Shown: positions 26,572 through 35,448, counted from the first letter of the stretch. The stretch: 64,000 bases of DNA from Lentimicrobiaceae bacterium (GCA_033809755.1 JAPXLB010000004.1:3030-67029); one strand, 5' to 3'. The notes: generated by a model not told the origin, from the sequence alone. Program-made: numbers and translations.

Positions 26572-27195
26572 ATGAAGAATAATTCACCAAATACTGAATT
26601 TCAGATACTTGCATCAGCAGAAAAACTTTTCCTTGAAAAAGGATTTAGAGGCGCATCTACCACCGAGATTGCTAAGGATGCAGGTTGTAATCAAGCCCTA
26701 GTACATTATTATTTTCGCACTAAGGAAAACCTGTTTCAAAAAGTCTTCTTGAGGAAGTTCGAATACCTTTTGGAACAAATTAAGATACCTTTGGAAAAGG
26801 AGACAGACTTTTTCTCAAAATTGGAAAATATGGTTGAAGTGTACTTTAACTTTATGATAAAGAACCCTACGATTCCTTACTTCATATTCAATGAACTGAA
26901 TAGCAACCCAAAACGAAGGAGACAACTTCGAGATTGGCTCATAAAGAGACCTAATCTGGAAGAAGTTTTTCTAAAGTTTGCCGCTTCGGTAGAAGATGCT
27001 AAATCACAAGGACTAATTCGCGACATCAGTCCTTCAAATCTACTCATGAATATAGGCTCACTCGTAATTTCCACATTCCTTATGGCTCCTATTATCACTG
27101 ATTTACAAGATTTGGATCAATCCCACACTGTTGACTTTATTGTCTATCGAAAAAAAGAAGTGCTGACACAACTATTCCAAGGTTTACGAGTATAG
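26572..27195 (+). CDS. TetR/AcrR family transcriptional regulator
   Basis: The helix-turn-helix region reads ILASAEKLFLEKGFRGASTTEIAKDAGCNQALVHYYFRTKENLF. The track ORF begins at a TTG (26542), and I prefer the ATG at 26572. Confidence 0.85.
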   Translation: MKNNSPNTEFQILASAEKLFLEKGFRGASTTEIAKDAGCNQALVHYYFRTKENLFQKVFLRKFEYLLEQIKIPLEKETDFFSKLENMVEVYFNFMIKNPTIPYFIFNELNSNPKRRRQLRDWLIKRPNLEEVFLKFAASVEDAKSQGLIRDISPSNLLMNIGSLVISTFLMAPIITDLQDLDQSHTVDFIVYRKKEVLTQLFQGLRV

Positions 27196-27236
27196 ACGAT
27201 GACCGTTGCGTAACAAAAATAATTTGAAATATCGGG

Positions 27237-27290
27237 TCGAACCCGCACCCCGTAACACACCGTTCACCCATCACTCACCACTCATCACCC
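27237..27290. repeat. Heptamer-type intergenic repeat element (ACCCGCA-like plus CACCCATCACTCA-like units)
   Basis: tcgaacccgcaccccgtaac...caccgttcacccatcactcaccactcatcaccc. It lies between convergent tetR and NUDIX and overlaps the NUDIX stop codon. Confidence 0.6.
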
Positions 27291-27914
27291 ATTTTCAATA
27301 ACATCAATAAGTTCCCCCAAAATCATCGCAGTAGCACCCCAAATAAAGTGTTCGCCAATTTCAAACCCCGGCACTTGCGACATTCCCCTTATGGTTTTTA
27401 GTTGTTTGCAAATAATTTTTTTGCTGTTTATTTCGTTTAATAAATCGACTGTAATTACTTCTTGAACTTCTTTCGGGTCGGGTTTAAAGTTGGGTTTGCT
27501 TTTTGAAAAACTTACGAAAGGGTGGGTGATGAAATTGCTAGGAAGTACAAACAACGGAGTTAAAGCTCCTATGTATTCATATTCGTTGCTGCTTACGTTA
27601 ATTTCTTCAAGAGTTTCTCTTTTGGCGGTATCGTATTTGCTGAGGTCGCAGCTTTCACATCTTCCGCCGGGCAATCCTATCTGTCCGGAATGAGCACCAT
27701 TGTAAACATTTCGCAAAATTACTGGAAAATGAATACTGCCATTTTCAGGATAAAGCATTATCATTACGGCACTTGGTCTGGGATTTTTGAGAGCTTTTCC
27801 AGACAATAATTCTTTTTCCAAAGATTTTGGAGCCAATTTTATTTGAGCACTCATACCCGGCAAGGGCTGACTAAGTTTCTTTTTTAATTTTTGTATAATT
27901 TCCAAATTCATCAA
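27285..27914 (-). CDS. NUDIX hydrolase (CoA pyrophosphatase-like)
   Basis: 209-aa ORF with the Nudix box GLPGGRCESCDLSKYDTAKRETLEEINV. Confidence 0.8.
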   Translation of the reverse strand: MMNLEIIQKLKKKLSQPLPGMSAQIKLAPKSLEKELLSGKALKNPRPSAVMIMLYPENGSIHFPVILRNVYNGAHSGQIGLPGGRCESCDLSKYDTAKRETLEEINVSSNEYEYIGALTPLFVLPSNFITHPFVSFSKSKPNFKPDPKEVQEVITVDLLNEINSKKIICKQLKTIRGMSQVPGFEIGEHFIWGATAMILGELIDVIENG

Positions 27915-27916
27915 TC

Positions 27917-29104
27917 TTACACTTTATACATGATTTCTTGCATGCTATCGCAGGCGGTTTCAATTTCTTGAATAGAGATTGTCAGAGGCGGAGCAATACG
28001 AATAGCAGATTCGTTAAACAAGAAATTATCGACAATTATTCCGTGCTTGACGCAAGAATTACAAGTTTTTATTGCTAACTCGGCACTTTCCATTTGCAAT
28101 GCTATGAGCAGTCCGCTGCGTCTTACTTCAGTTACAAGCGGATTGTCGGCAAAAAACTCGTAGAAGAAATCACTTTTTTCTTTAACACTTTCTATAAGTT
28201 TTTCGTTTTCAATAACATCAATGGCAGCACTTGCAGCAGCACAACAAACTGGATGTCCGCCAAAAGTCGTGATATGTCCCAAAACAGGTTCGTGAGTCAG
28301 CGAATCCATTATTTCCTGCGAAGAAATAAAAGCACCTAAAGGCATTCCACCGCCAAGAGCTTTGGCTGTTAACAGAATATCTGGAACTATACCGCTGTGT
28401 TGAAAGTAAAACCATTTCCCTGTTCGTCCCATTCCCGACTGTATTTCGTCGAATATGAGCAAAGCACCTTTTTGTGAGCATGTTTTACGAAGCTCATTCA
28501 GGTATTGGTCGTTGGCTTTTACAACGCCTGCTTCGCCTTGTACCGGCTCAATAATTACGCATGCGGTATCTTCATCAATATTTTTTAAATCGTCAATATT
28601 GTTAATCTCGATGAGTGTAATATTTGGGAGCAAGGGTGCAAATGCTTTTATGTGTTCGGCACTTGATGTTAAACTAAGTGCACCGTGAGTGCCGCCGTGG
28701 TAGGCGTTTTTCAGAGCTACTATTTTTCTTCTTCCGGTGTAGCGTTTGGCTAATTTTAAAGCACCTTCAACGGCTTCGCTTCCCGAATTAACGTAATATA
28801 CCGAGTTTAGTTGTTCAGGCAATATAGCTACAAGTTTTTGTGTTAGAAGCACTTGTGCCGATTGTATCATTTCGCCGTAAACCGAAATGTGCATATGTTT
28901 GTCTAATTGCTGTTTGATAGCGTTTATGACGTACCGGTTGTTGTGTCCTACGTTGCTTACCGAAGTGCCTGAAATTAAATCCAAGTATTTTTTGCCTTCG
29001 GGCGAATACAAATAGCAACCTTCGGCTCTCTCGATGGTCAGACCCATAGGGTTTTTGCTTGTTTGAGCAACGTGCTGATAAAATATTTCTCTTTGTGATA
29101 GCAT
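27917..29104 (-). CDS. Class-III PLP aminotransferase (acetylornithine/GABA aminotransferase family)
   Basis: 395-aa ORF with NSGSEAVEGALKLAK, LIFDEIQSGMGRTGK and ILLTAKALGGGMPLGA (PLP-Lys region). Confidence 0.85.
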   Translation of the reverse strand: MLSQREIFYQHVAQTSKNPMGLTIERAEGCYLYSPEGKKYLDLISGTSVSNVGHNNRYVINAIKQQLDKHMHISVYGEMIQSAQVLLTQKLVAILPEQLNSVYYVNSGSEAVEGALKLAKRYTGRRKIVALKNAYHGGTHGALSLTSSAEHIKAFAPLLPNITLIEINNIDDLKNIDEDTACVIIEPVQGEAGVVKANDQYLNELRKTCSQKGALLIFDEIQSGMGRTGKWFYFQHSGIVPDILLTAKALGGGMPLGAFISSQEIMDSLTHEPVLGHITTFGGHPVCCAAASAAIDVIENEKLIESVKEKSDFFYEFFADNPLVTEVRRSGLLIALQMESAELAIKTCNSCVKHGIIVDNFLFNESAIRIAPPLTISIQEIETACDSMQEIMYKV

Positions 29105-29203
29105 CTTTTAAAAATTTCACCAAAGTTAATGGTTTTGCGAAAAAAAGAGGAATAAAATCTAATATTTCGCTGTTTGTGTTAATTTTGCAAGAAAAGCGAC
29201 AAA

Positions 29204-30013
29204 ATGAAAGGAAAAGTTGTAATAATAACGGGAGCATCGTCGGGGATTGGCAGAGCACTTGCAATTGAGTTTTCAAAGAAAGGAAGTAAGGTTGCTTTGG
29301 CGGCTCGCAATTCCGAAAAGTTAGATGCGGTTCTATCCGAAGTTAAGCAATACAATGCTGATGCTATTTCGGTAGTAACTGATGTAAGCGTTGTAAGCGA
29401 TTGCGAAAATTTGGTTAAAAAAACCGTTGAAGCGTTTGGCAAAATAGATGTGTTGATTAACAATGCCGGCATTAGCATGCGTTCGATGTTTATAGACACA
29501 GACCTGTCTGTTATGCACAAAGTTATTGATACCAACTATTGGGGGACGGTTAATTGTACAAAATTTGCTTTGCCTTATTTAGTCGAGCAGAAAGGGAGTT
29601 TGGTTGGTGTAATTTCCATAGCCGGATATTTGGGCTTACCTGCACGTTCGGCTTACTCGTCTTCAAAGTACGCTATCAGAGGGTTTTTAGATACTATAAG
29701 AGTAGAATATTTAAAATCCGGATTACATGTTTTGGTTGCTGCACCCGGCTTTACAGCTTCAAATATAAGGAAAGTAGCACTTTTAGGAGATGGAAGTCCA
29801 CAAGGCGAAACTCCAAGAAATGAAGAAAAAATGATGACTTCCGAACAGGTAGCAAAAAAAATCTACAGGGCTGTTGTAAAACGCAAACGCACTTTGATAC
29901 TGACTTTCGTTGAAGGAAAATTTGCAGTATTTTTGTCAAAGTGGTTTCCGTCGCTGCTCGATAGGTTTAACTATAATCATATGGCGAAAGAAGAAGGCTC
30001 ACCGTTGGGGTGA
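29204..30013 (+). CDS. Short-chain dehydrogenase/reductase (SDR)
   Basis: 269-aa ORF with VVIITGASSGIGRALA, NNAGI and a YSSSKYAIRGF catalytic YxxxK. Confidence 0.9.
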   Translation: MKGKVVIITGASSGIGRALAIEFSKKGSKVALAARNSEKLDAVLSEVKQYNADAISVVTDVSVVSDCENLVKKTVEAFGKIDVLINNAGISMRSMFIDTDLSVMHKVIDTNYWGTVNCTKFALPYLVEQKGSLVGVISIAGYLGLPARSAYSSSKYAIRGFLDTIRVEYLKSGLHVLVAAPGFTASNIRKVALLGDGSPQGETPRNEEKMMTSEQVAKKIYRAVVKRKRTLILTFVEGKFAVFLSKWFPSLLDRFNYNHMAKEEGSPLG

Positions 30014-30105
30014 GCGGTGGTCGGTGGTGAGTGATGAGTGGTGAGTGATGAGTGATGGGTGATGAGTGATGAGTGGTTGGTGATGAGTGGTGGGTGGTGG
30101 GTGAG
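30008..30105. repeat. Heptamer repeat tract (GGTGAGT/GGTGATG/GGTGGGT units)
   Basis: gggtgagcggtggtcggtggtgagtgatgagtggtgagtgatgagtgatgggtgatgagtgatgagtggttggtgatgagtggtgggtggtgggtgag. It starts at the SDR stop codon. Confidence 0.7.
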
Positions 30106-30297
30106 TTCCAAAAACTTCGGTCGCTGAGTGCCGAAGGTGTATCGAAGCGCCGAAGTTTTAATCGTTCTCCATTTTCGGCATTTCGGGTTTCGGCTACGCT
30201 CCCTTCGCTACCGCACGATTGCATCGTGTGGGAATTGTGCATTTCGATACACCGATATTTCGCTATGCTCAATATCGGCACTCAATGACCGAAAATG
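30106..30297. other. GC-richer non-coding core with nested inverted repeats (candidate structured RNA or decayed insertion)
   Basis: Outer 9-bp pair gagtgccga (30126-30134) / tcggcactc (30275-30283). Inner 11-bp pair ggtgtatcgaa (30136-30146) / ttcgatacacc (30243-30253). Local hairpin cacgat-tgc-atcgtg (30214-30228). Confidence 0.4.
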
Positions 30298-30331
30298 TCG
30301 AACCCGCAACCCGCACCCCGCACCCCGCAAC
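30298..30331. repeat. Heptamer repeat tract (ACCCGCA units)
   Basis: tcgaacccgcaacccgcaccccgcaccccgcaac. The same tcgaacccgca seed occurs at 27237. Confidence 0.65.
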
Positions 30332-30333
30332 AT

Positions 30334-30876
30334 TTAAAACCCAAATCCTAATCCCATCCTAATAACAGGATTATTATACAACGAGTTTTGCGAATCGTTT
30401 AAGTTCCAAAGTATGGAAATGTGAACAAAAGTCTTTTCTCCAACTTGCTGGCGATATCCGCCACCGACTAAGAAACTATCAAAATCTTGCTTTTGATTTT
30501 CGATAAGGTCGGATTTTGTATTGAAAAAGAGCTTTTCGTATTCGGCATGTAGAAAAATGTTGTAAACAACTACGTATCGTGCAAAAATGCTGCCGCCGTA
30601 AACGTTGGTTACAATTTTGTCGGAGGTATAATAAGGTCTATATCTGTAATACTTGTATGTTGGTGTAACTCCTATACCAAAATTAGGTAATAGTTCAACT
30701 CCAATTGAGGGAGAAACTTCGATAAGAGTAGTATTTCCGAACTGTAAGCCAAATCCGCCGCCATAAAAAATTCTTGGTTTAAAGGGAGTTCTTTGCTTAT
30801 TGCTTTCTTGTCCGAAAGTCAAGCCATGAAGCAGAATAATTAGAATCAGCGTTATAAATATTTTTTCATTTTTCAT
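30334..30876 (-). CDS. Small outer-membrane beta-barrel protein (porin-family-like), function unknown
   Basis: 180-aa ORF with a signal peptide, an alternating hydrophobic/Gly-Tyr-rich pattern and a C-terminal GLGFGF. Confidence 0.5.
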   Translation of the reverse strand: MKNEKIFITLILIILLHGLTFGQESNKQRTPFKPRIFYGGGFGLQFGNTTLIEVSPSIGVELLPNFGIGVTPTYKYYRYRPYYTSDKIVTNVYGGSIFARYVVVYNIFLHAEYEKLFFNTKSDLIENQKQDFDSFLVGGGYRQQVGEKTFVHISILWNLNDSQNSLYNNPVIRMGLGFGF

Positions 30877-30944
30877 TAGTTTTGTTTTAACAACTTAATA
30901 ATTACAATAAATATGCCTACAAAATTAAGTTAGATACTGCAAAT

Positions 30945-32018
30945 TTACAATAAATTATAAATATGTTCGGCTGCAATATCCGCTGCATCGCCTTTTCCGT
31001 ACAAACTAGCACTAAAATCGATATTTTTATTGTTCATGGTTTCGTAGGCATTTATAATGCTTTTGGTATTATGTCCGGCAAGCATATTGCATCCATGTTC
31101 TATCAATTCCGTCCATTCGGTTTCGTTACGCAAAGTTACACAAGGTTTTTTAAAGAAAAAAGCTTCTTTTTGAACTCCGCCGCTGTCGGTTAAAATTAAA
31201 TTACAATTTTGTTGCAAAGTAATCATATCGAAATAACCAACAGGTTCAATTATTGTAAAGTCGGGTCGAACATTGTGTTTTTGTATTATATTTTTGGTTC
31301 GAGGATGCAAAGGCACAACAACTTCAACAGATTTATTGATAGTATTCAGTGCATCAATAATTTGCTTTAGGTTATCGATATTATCGGTGTTTTCTTGTCG
31401 GTGCACGGTAGCTAAAACAAATTCGTTCAAGTTCAGAGAATTAATAATATTCGATTTTGTTTTTGCAATAGGAGAGTAGAACAAACTTGCATCAAACATA
31501 ACATCTCCGTTTTTGACAATAATGGCGTCAAACTTATCGAAACTTTCGTTATGCAGGTTTTTTACGGCTGTGTCCGAAGGGCAAAGTAGCAACGAGGATA
31601 TTCTGTCGGTAATAATTCTGTTGATTTCTTCGGGCATATTATTGTTAAACGAACGCAAGCCGGCTTCAACGTGGACAACCGGAATGTTAAGTTTTCGTGC
31701 TGCCAATGCACCTGCCAAAGTACTGTTGGTATCGCCGTAAACCATGACAACTTCGGGCTTTTCCGAAAAAAGAATTTCTTCTATAGCTTCCAACATTTTG
31801 CCTGTCATGGCTCCGTGTGATAAGCTGTTTATGTCAAGATTGTAGTCGGGTAACGGAATTTGCATTTCCGAAAAGAAAATATCAGACATATTCTTATCAA
31901 AGTGTTGCCCGGTGTGAACAATAACTTCTTTTACTGGAAATTTCTTAAAAGCTCTGCTTATGGTTGCCGCCTTTATAAATTGAGGTCTGGCTCCTATTAC
32001 TGTTACTACTTTTTTCAT
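30945..32018 (-). CDS. wecB: UDP-N-acetylglucosamine 2-epimerase (non-hydrolysing)
   Basis: 357-aa ORF with GARPQFIKAA, VYGDTNSTLAGALAA, HVEAGLRSFN, MPEEINR and TDSGGVQKEA. Confidence 0.9.
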   Translation of the reverse strand: MKKVVTVIGARPQFIKAATISRAFKKFPVKEVIVHTGQHFDKNMSDIFFSEMQIPLPDYNLDINSLSHGAMTGKMLEAIEEILFSEKPEVVMVYGDTNSTLAGALAARKLNIPVVHVEAGLRSFNNNMPEEINRIITDRISSLLLCPSDTAVKNLHNESFDKFDAIIVKNGDVMFDASLFYSPIAKTKSNIINSLNLNEFVLATVHRQENTDNIDNLKQIIDALNTINKSVEVVVPLHPRTKNIIQKHNVRPDFTIIEPVGYFDMITLQQNCNLILTDSGGVQKEAFFFKKPCVTLRNETEWTELIEHGCNMLAGHNTKSIINAYETMNNKNIDFSASLYGKGDAADIAAEHIYNLL

Positions 32019-32059
32019 ACTTATTTATTTTATTGTTGTCCGGTAAATATCTTTGGCTG

Positions 32060-32193
32060 TTGGTGATGGGTGATGGGTGATGAGTGATGAGTGTTGAGTC
32101 AGGAGTATTGACACTCGGAACTCGGAACTCGCAACCCGCAACCCGCAACCCGCAACCCGCACCATTCACCGACCACCAATCACCATTCACCAC
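32060..32193. repeat. Composite heptamer repeat hairpin element (GGTGATG arm; GGAACTC and ACCCGCA core; CACCATT arm)
   Basis: tggtgatgggtgatgggtgatgagtgatgagtg...ggaactcggaactcgcaacccgcaacccgcaacccgcaacccgca...ccattcaccgaccaccaatcaccattcaccac. The outer arms are approximately complementary. Confidence 0.7.
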
Positions 32194-32235
32194 AAAGTTA
32201 CATTCTTTTGCATGATTTCACCAAACATTAATATA

Positions 32236-34281
32236 CTATTTAGGTTTAACATTAAACTGTTCCATTTTATTTTTGTACATGTACATTTCATCTCTAAGGC
32301 GTGCAGCTTCCATAAAATCGAGGTCTTTGGCGGCTTTTTGCATAAGAGTTTTTGATGTATTGTAAAGTTTTTCCAACTGTTGATAGCTAAGATATTCGCT
32401 CAATGGGTCTGCGGCTGAGTTAATAATCGAACCTTCGACGTAGATTTTATTGGCTTTGTCGGGAGTCGGCGTTCCGCTATCGGCACTCAATCCGACCAAA
32501 TCGGTGCTAATATCTTTAATAATTTGTTTTGGAGTAATATTGTTTATGCGGTTGTATTCCAACTGGATACTGCGTTTTCTGTTGGTTTCGTCTATTGTTT
32601 TTTGCATAGAATCGGTTATAGTATCGGCGTAGAAAATAACCTTGCTGTTTATGTTTCTGGCGGCTCTTCCTGCTGTTTGCGTAAGCGATTTTTCCGAACG
32701 CAAAAATCCTTCTTTGTCGGCATCCAAAATTGCAACCAACGAAACTTCAGGAAGGTCTAATCCTTCGCGCAGCAAGTTTACACCAACCAAAACGTCGATT
32801 TCGCCTGTTCGCAGACTGTTAAGAATCTCAACACGTTCAATAGTAAGCACACCCGAGTGCAAGTATTTGGTTTTGATATTAAGATTGCTCAAATATTTTG
32901 AAAGCTCTTCAGCCATGCGTTTGGTAAGCGTTGTAATGAGAGTTCTCTCGTTATTTTTAGTTCTAATCTGAATTTCATTAAGCAAATCGTCGATTTGGTT
33001 TAAGCTGGGCTTAACTTCAATAATCGGGTCTATGAGTCCTGTTGGTCTTACAATTTGCTCAACAATAACTCCGTTGGCTTTTGCGAGTTCGTAGTCGGCA
33101 GGTGTGGCACTAACGTATATAACCTGATTTGTCAGGGCTTCAAATTCCGGAAATTTAAGAGGTCTGTTATCCAAAGCCGAAGGCAGTCTGAAACCGTACT
33201 CAACCAAATTTTGCTTTCGCGAGCGGTCGCCGCCGTACATGGCTCTAATTTGCGGAACCGTAACATGGCTTTCGTCAACGACCATTAAATAATCGTCGGG
33301 AAAATAATCGAGCAAGCAAAACGGACGTGTGCCGGGTTTTCTGCCGTCGAAATAACGACTGTAATTTTCAATTCCCGAACAATAACCGAGCTCTCGCATC
33401 ATCTCCAAATCGTAAGTAACTCTGTCTTCCAAACGTTTGGCTTCAATAATTTTACCGGTTTCTTTGAAAAAATCAATTTGTTTGCCTAAATCAATATGAA
33501 TATTTCTTATAGCTGATTGAATTTTTTCTTTTGAAGTAACGAAAATATTTGTAGGAAATATTGTAAATTGTTCCAAATGCTCGATGAGGTTGCCGCTTAT
33601 GGGGTTGAATGTGGAAATTTCTTCAATTTCGTCGCTAAAAAAAATAACTTTGCAAGCAAAATCGGCTTCAACAGGAAAAATATCAACAGTGTCGCCTTTA
33701 ACTCTGAATTTTCCCCTTTCGAGGTCAAATTCGGTTCTGGAATAAAGACTATCGACCAAACGACGCAGAAATTTATCACGACTGATTTTGTCGCCAACTT
33801 TGATATGGATAGTGTTGTTATTGATATCTTCGGGATTTCCAATTCCGTAAATGCACGAAACCGAAGCAACAATAATTATATCGCGTCTGCCTGTGAGCAG
33901 CGAAGAAGTAGCATCAATTCTCAGTTTTTCAATTTCTTCGTTTATGGAAATATCCTTTTCAATATAAGTATTGGTGGTAGGAATAAAAGCTTCGGGTTGG
34001 TAATAGTCGTAGTACGAAATAAAAAACTTGACAGCGTTTTCGGGGAAAAACTGCTTGAACTCAGCGTACAGCTGTGCTGCAAGAGTTTTATTGTGGCTGA
34101 GGACTAATGTCGGACGTTGAATTTGATTTATTACATTGGCAATAGTAAAAGTTTTTCCCGACCCCGTAACACCTAATAAAACCTGATGCTTATCGTTTCT
34201 GAGCAAGCCCTCGTACAATTGTTTAATCGCCGAAGGTTGGTCGCCGGTAGGTTCAAATTTAGATGTTAGTTTAAACTCCAT
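32236..34281 (-). CDS. uvrB: Excinuclease ABC subunit B
   Basis: 681-aa ORF with QVLLGVTGSGKTFT (Walker A), YYDYYQPEA, VDESHVT, LLREGLDLPEVSLV and a C-terminal UVR domain (MQKAAKDLDFMEAARLRDE). Confidence 0.95.
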   Translation of the reverse strand: MEFKLTSKFEPTGDQPSAIKQLYEGLLRNDKHQVLLGVTGSGKTFTIANVINQIQRPTLVLSHNKTLAAQLYAEFKQFFPENAVKFFISYYDYYQPEAFIPTTNTYIEKDISINEEIEKLRIDATSSLLTGRRDIIIVASVSCIYGIGNPEDINNNTIHIKVGDKISRDKFLRRLVDSLYSRTEFDLERGKFRVKGDTVDIFPVEADFACKVIFFSDEIEEISTFNPISGNLIEHLEQFTIFPTNIFVTSKEKIQSAIRNIHIDLGKQIDFFKETGKIIEAKRLEDRVTYDLEMMRELGYCSGIENYSRYFDGRKPGTRPFCLLDYFPDDYLMVVDESHVTVPQIRAMYGGDRSRKQNLVEYGFRLPSALDNRPLKFPEFEALTNQVIYVSATPADYELAKANGVIVEQIVRPTGLIDPIIEVKPSLNQIDDLLNEIQIRTKNNERTLITTLTKRMAEELSKYLSNLNIKTKYLHSGVLTIERVEILNSLRTGEIDVLVGVNLLREGLDLPEVSLVAILDADKEGFLRSEKSLTQTAGRAARNINSKVIFYADTITDSMQKTIDETNRKRSIQLEYNRINNITPKQIIKDISTDLVGLSADSGTPTPDKANKIYVEGSIINSAADPLSEYLSYQQLEKLYNTSKTLMQKAAKDLDFMEAARLRDEMYMYKNKMEQFNVKPK

Positions 34282-34299
34282 TTAAATACAATTTAAAAC

Positions 34300-35448
34300 T
34301 TATTTAATTGAAAATTTAGAAAGAATAGGGTAGTGGTCGGAAATTTTACTGCTGATTACTTCAAATTCGGCACAATTCAATTCATTTGAAAAGAAAATAT
34401 AATCAATACGCAGAAGAGGAATTTTTTCGGCGTAAGTTTTTCCAAAACCCCAACCCGCTTCTTTAAAAGAGTCTTTCAAGTTTTTGCTTATAATTCTGTA
34501 CGTGTAGCTGACAGGTGTATCGTTAAAATCGCCGACCAAAATTAATGGTTTGTTACACTTGTCAATAACTTCTTGTAGTTTCGAGACTTGCGGAATCCTG
34601 CGTTCGTACGCTGTTTCGAGTTTTTTTAATATAGATTTCGACGATTTTTTTATTTGCTCATTGCTTGTCGTACCCGCAATTATTTCGCTCATTAAGTTGT
34701 AGTCTTCCTTACCTAATTTGATACTTTCCAAGTGAGTATTAATAAGGTTTAACGTGTCGTTACCAACTAATACATCGCATTTAATTGCATAGTTTACTTT
34801 ACTGTTGTCGAAATTTATTTTTTCCTGATTTACGATTGGATATTTTGATAAAATCGCTAAACCGAATGGCTGACGAGGGTTTATGCTTTTGATGGTTTCA
34901 ACGTAAGTAAAAGGCAGATGGCAATTTTTCGACAAAAGTTTAAGAGTATTGCTACCCGATTGCGAACCGTCGTAAAACTCTTGCAAACAAAGAATTTCGA
35001 CCTTGTTATCGTTTACAAGTTTAATAATACCATCGACAGATTTTTTTATCTCGTTTTCGGGATGCGAAAAATAGTCGAATAGCTTCACATTGTACGACAT
35101 CACCGAAACGTATTCGTTTTGGTCTAGAGTTAGTTTTTTACTTGTAAATCCGAAAGTTTTGGCAACATTGCCGTAGCTTATGGCAATAGCAATTAATGAA
35201 AATACAAAGCTGTACCTAAACCTTAAAAGCCAAACGATAATAAAAACTAAGTTTGCAATTATAAGCAATGGATAGACAAGTCCGAGTGTGGAAATATAAA
35301 AATATTTTTCGGGAGAGAGAATAGGAGCTAAGTTGGCAAGCAAAAGCAGTAGAATGAAAAAGATATTCACTATTAGCAAAATTGTTTCGCCAATACCGAA
35401 TTTCTTTTTTTTCTTAGTTTTCTTGGTTCTTCTAGTTTTCTTAGCCAT
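34300..35448 (-). CDS. Membrane-anchored endonuclease/exonuclease/phosphatase (EEP) family protein
   Basis: N-terminal TM helices followed by an EEP fold (VMSYNVKLF, ILCLQEF, INTHLES, LVGDFNDTP, ISDHYPI). I prefer the ATG at 35448, which avoids overlap with the upstream rhomboid gene. The track ORF extends to 35499. Confidence 0.75.
   Translation of the reverse strand: MAKKTRRTKKTKKKKKFGIGETILLIVNIFFILLLLLANLAPILSPEKYFYISTLGLVYPLLIIANLVFIIVWLLRFRYSFVFSLIAIAISYGNVAKTFGFTSKKLTLDQNEYVSVMSYNVKLFDYFSHPENEIKKSVDGIIKLVNDNKVEILCLQEFYDGSQSGSNTLKLLSKNCHLPFTYVETIKSINPRQPFGLAILSKYPIVNQEKINFDNSKVNYAIKCDVLVGNDTLNLINTHLESIKLGKEDYNLMSEIIAGTTSNEQIKKSSKSILKKLETAYERRIPQVSKLQEVIDKCNKPLILVGDFNDTPVSYTYRIISKNLKDSFKEAGWGFGKTYAEKIPLLRIDYIFFSNELNCAEFEVISSKISDHYPILSKFSIK

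Noticed and set aside
18678-27195. Possibility that the GC-rich block is a defence island or prophage remnant.
   Set aside because: No nuclease, helicase, methyltransferase, toxin-antitoxin, integrase or phage structural signatures are present. All six ORFs have metabolic (lipid or sugar transfer) or regulatory motifs.
29967-30337. Track ORFs 29967..30281(-), 30073..30288(+) and 30128..30337(+), with translations such as THHSSPTTHHSSPITHH.
   Set aside because: They are mutually overlapping frames across the heptamer repeat tracts and the structured core. The low-complexity sequence is produced by the period-7 DNA, and there is no start context or recognisable fold.
31945-32193. Track ORF 31945..32193(-), 82 aa, and ORF 31860..32066(+).
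   Set aside because: They run through the heptamer element and the 5' end of wecB. The repeat-derived amino-acid strings mean they are not credible genes.
30008-32193. Possibility that the short tandem repeats are CRISPR arrays.
   Set aside because: The repeat unit is only 7 nt and there are no spacers. No cas genes are present anywhere in the window.
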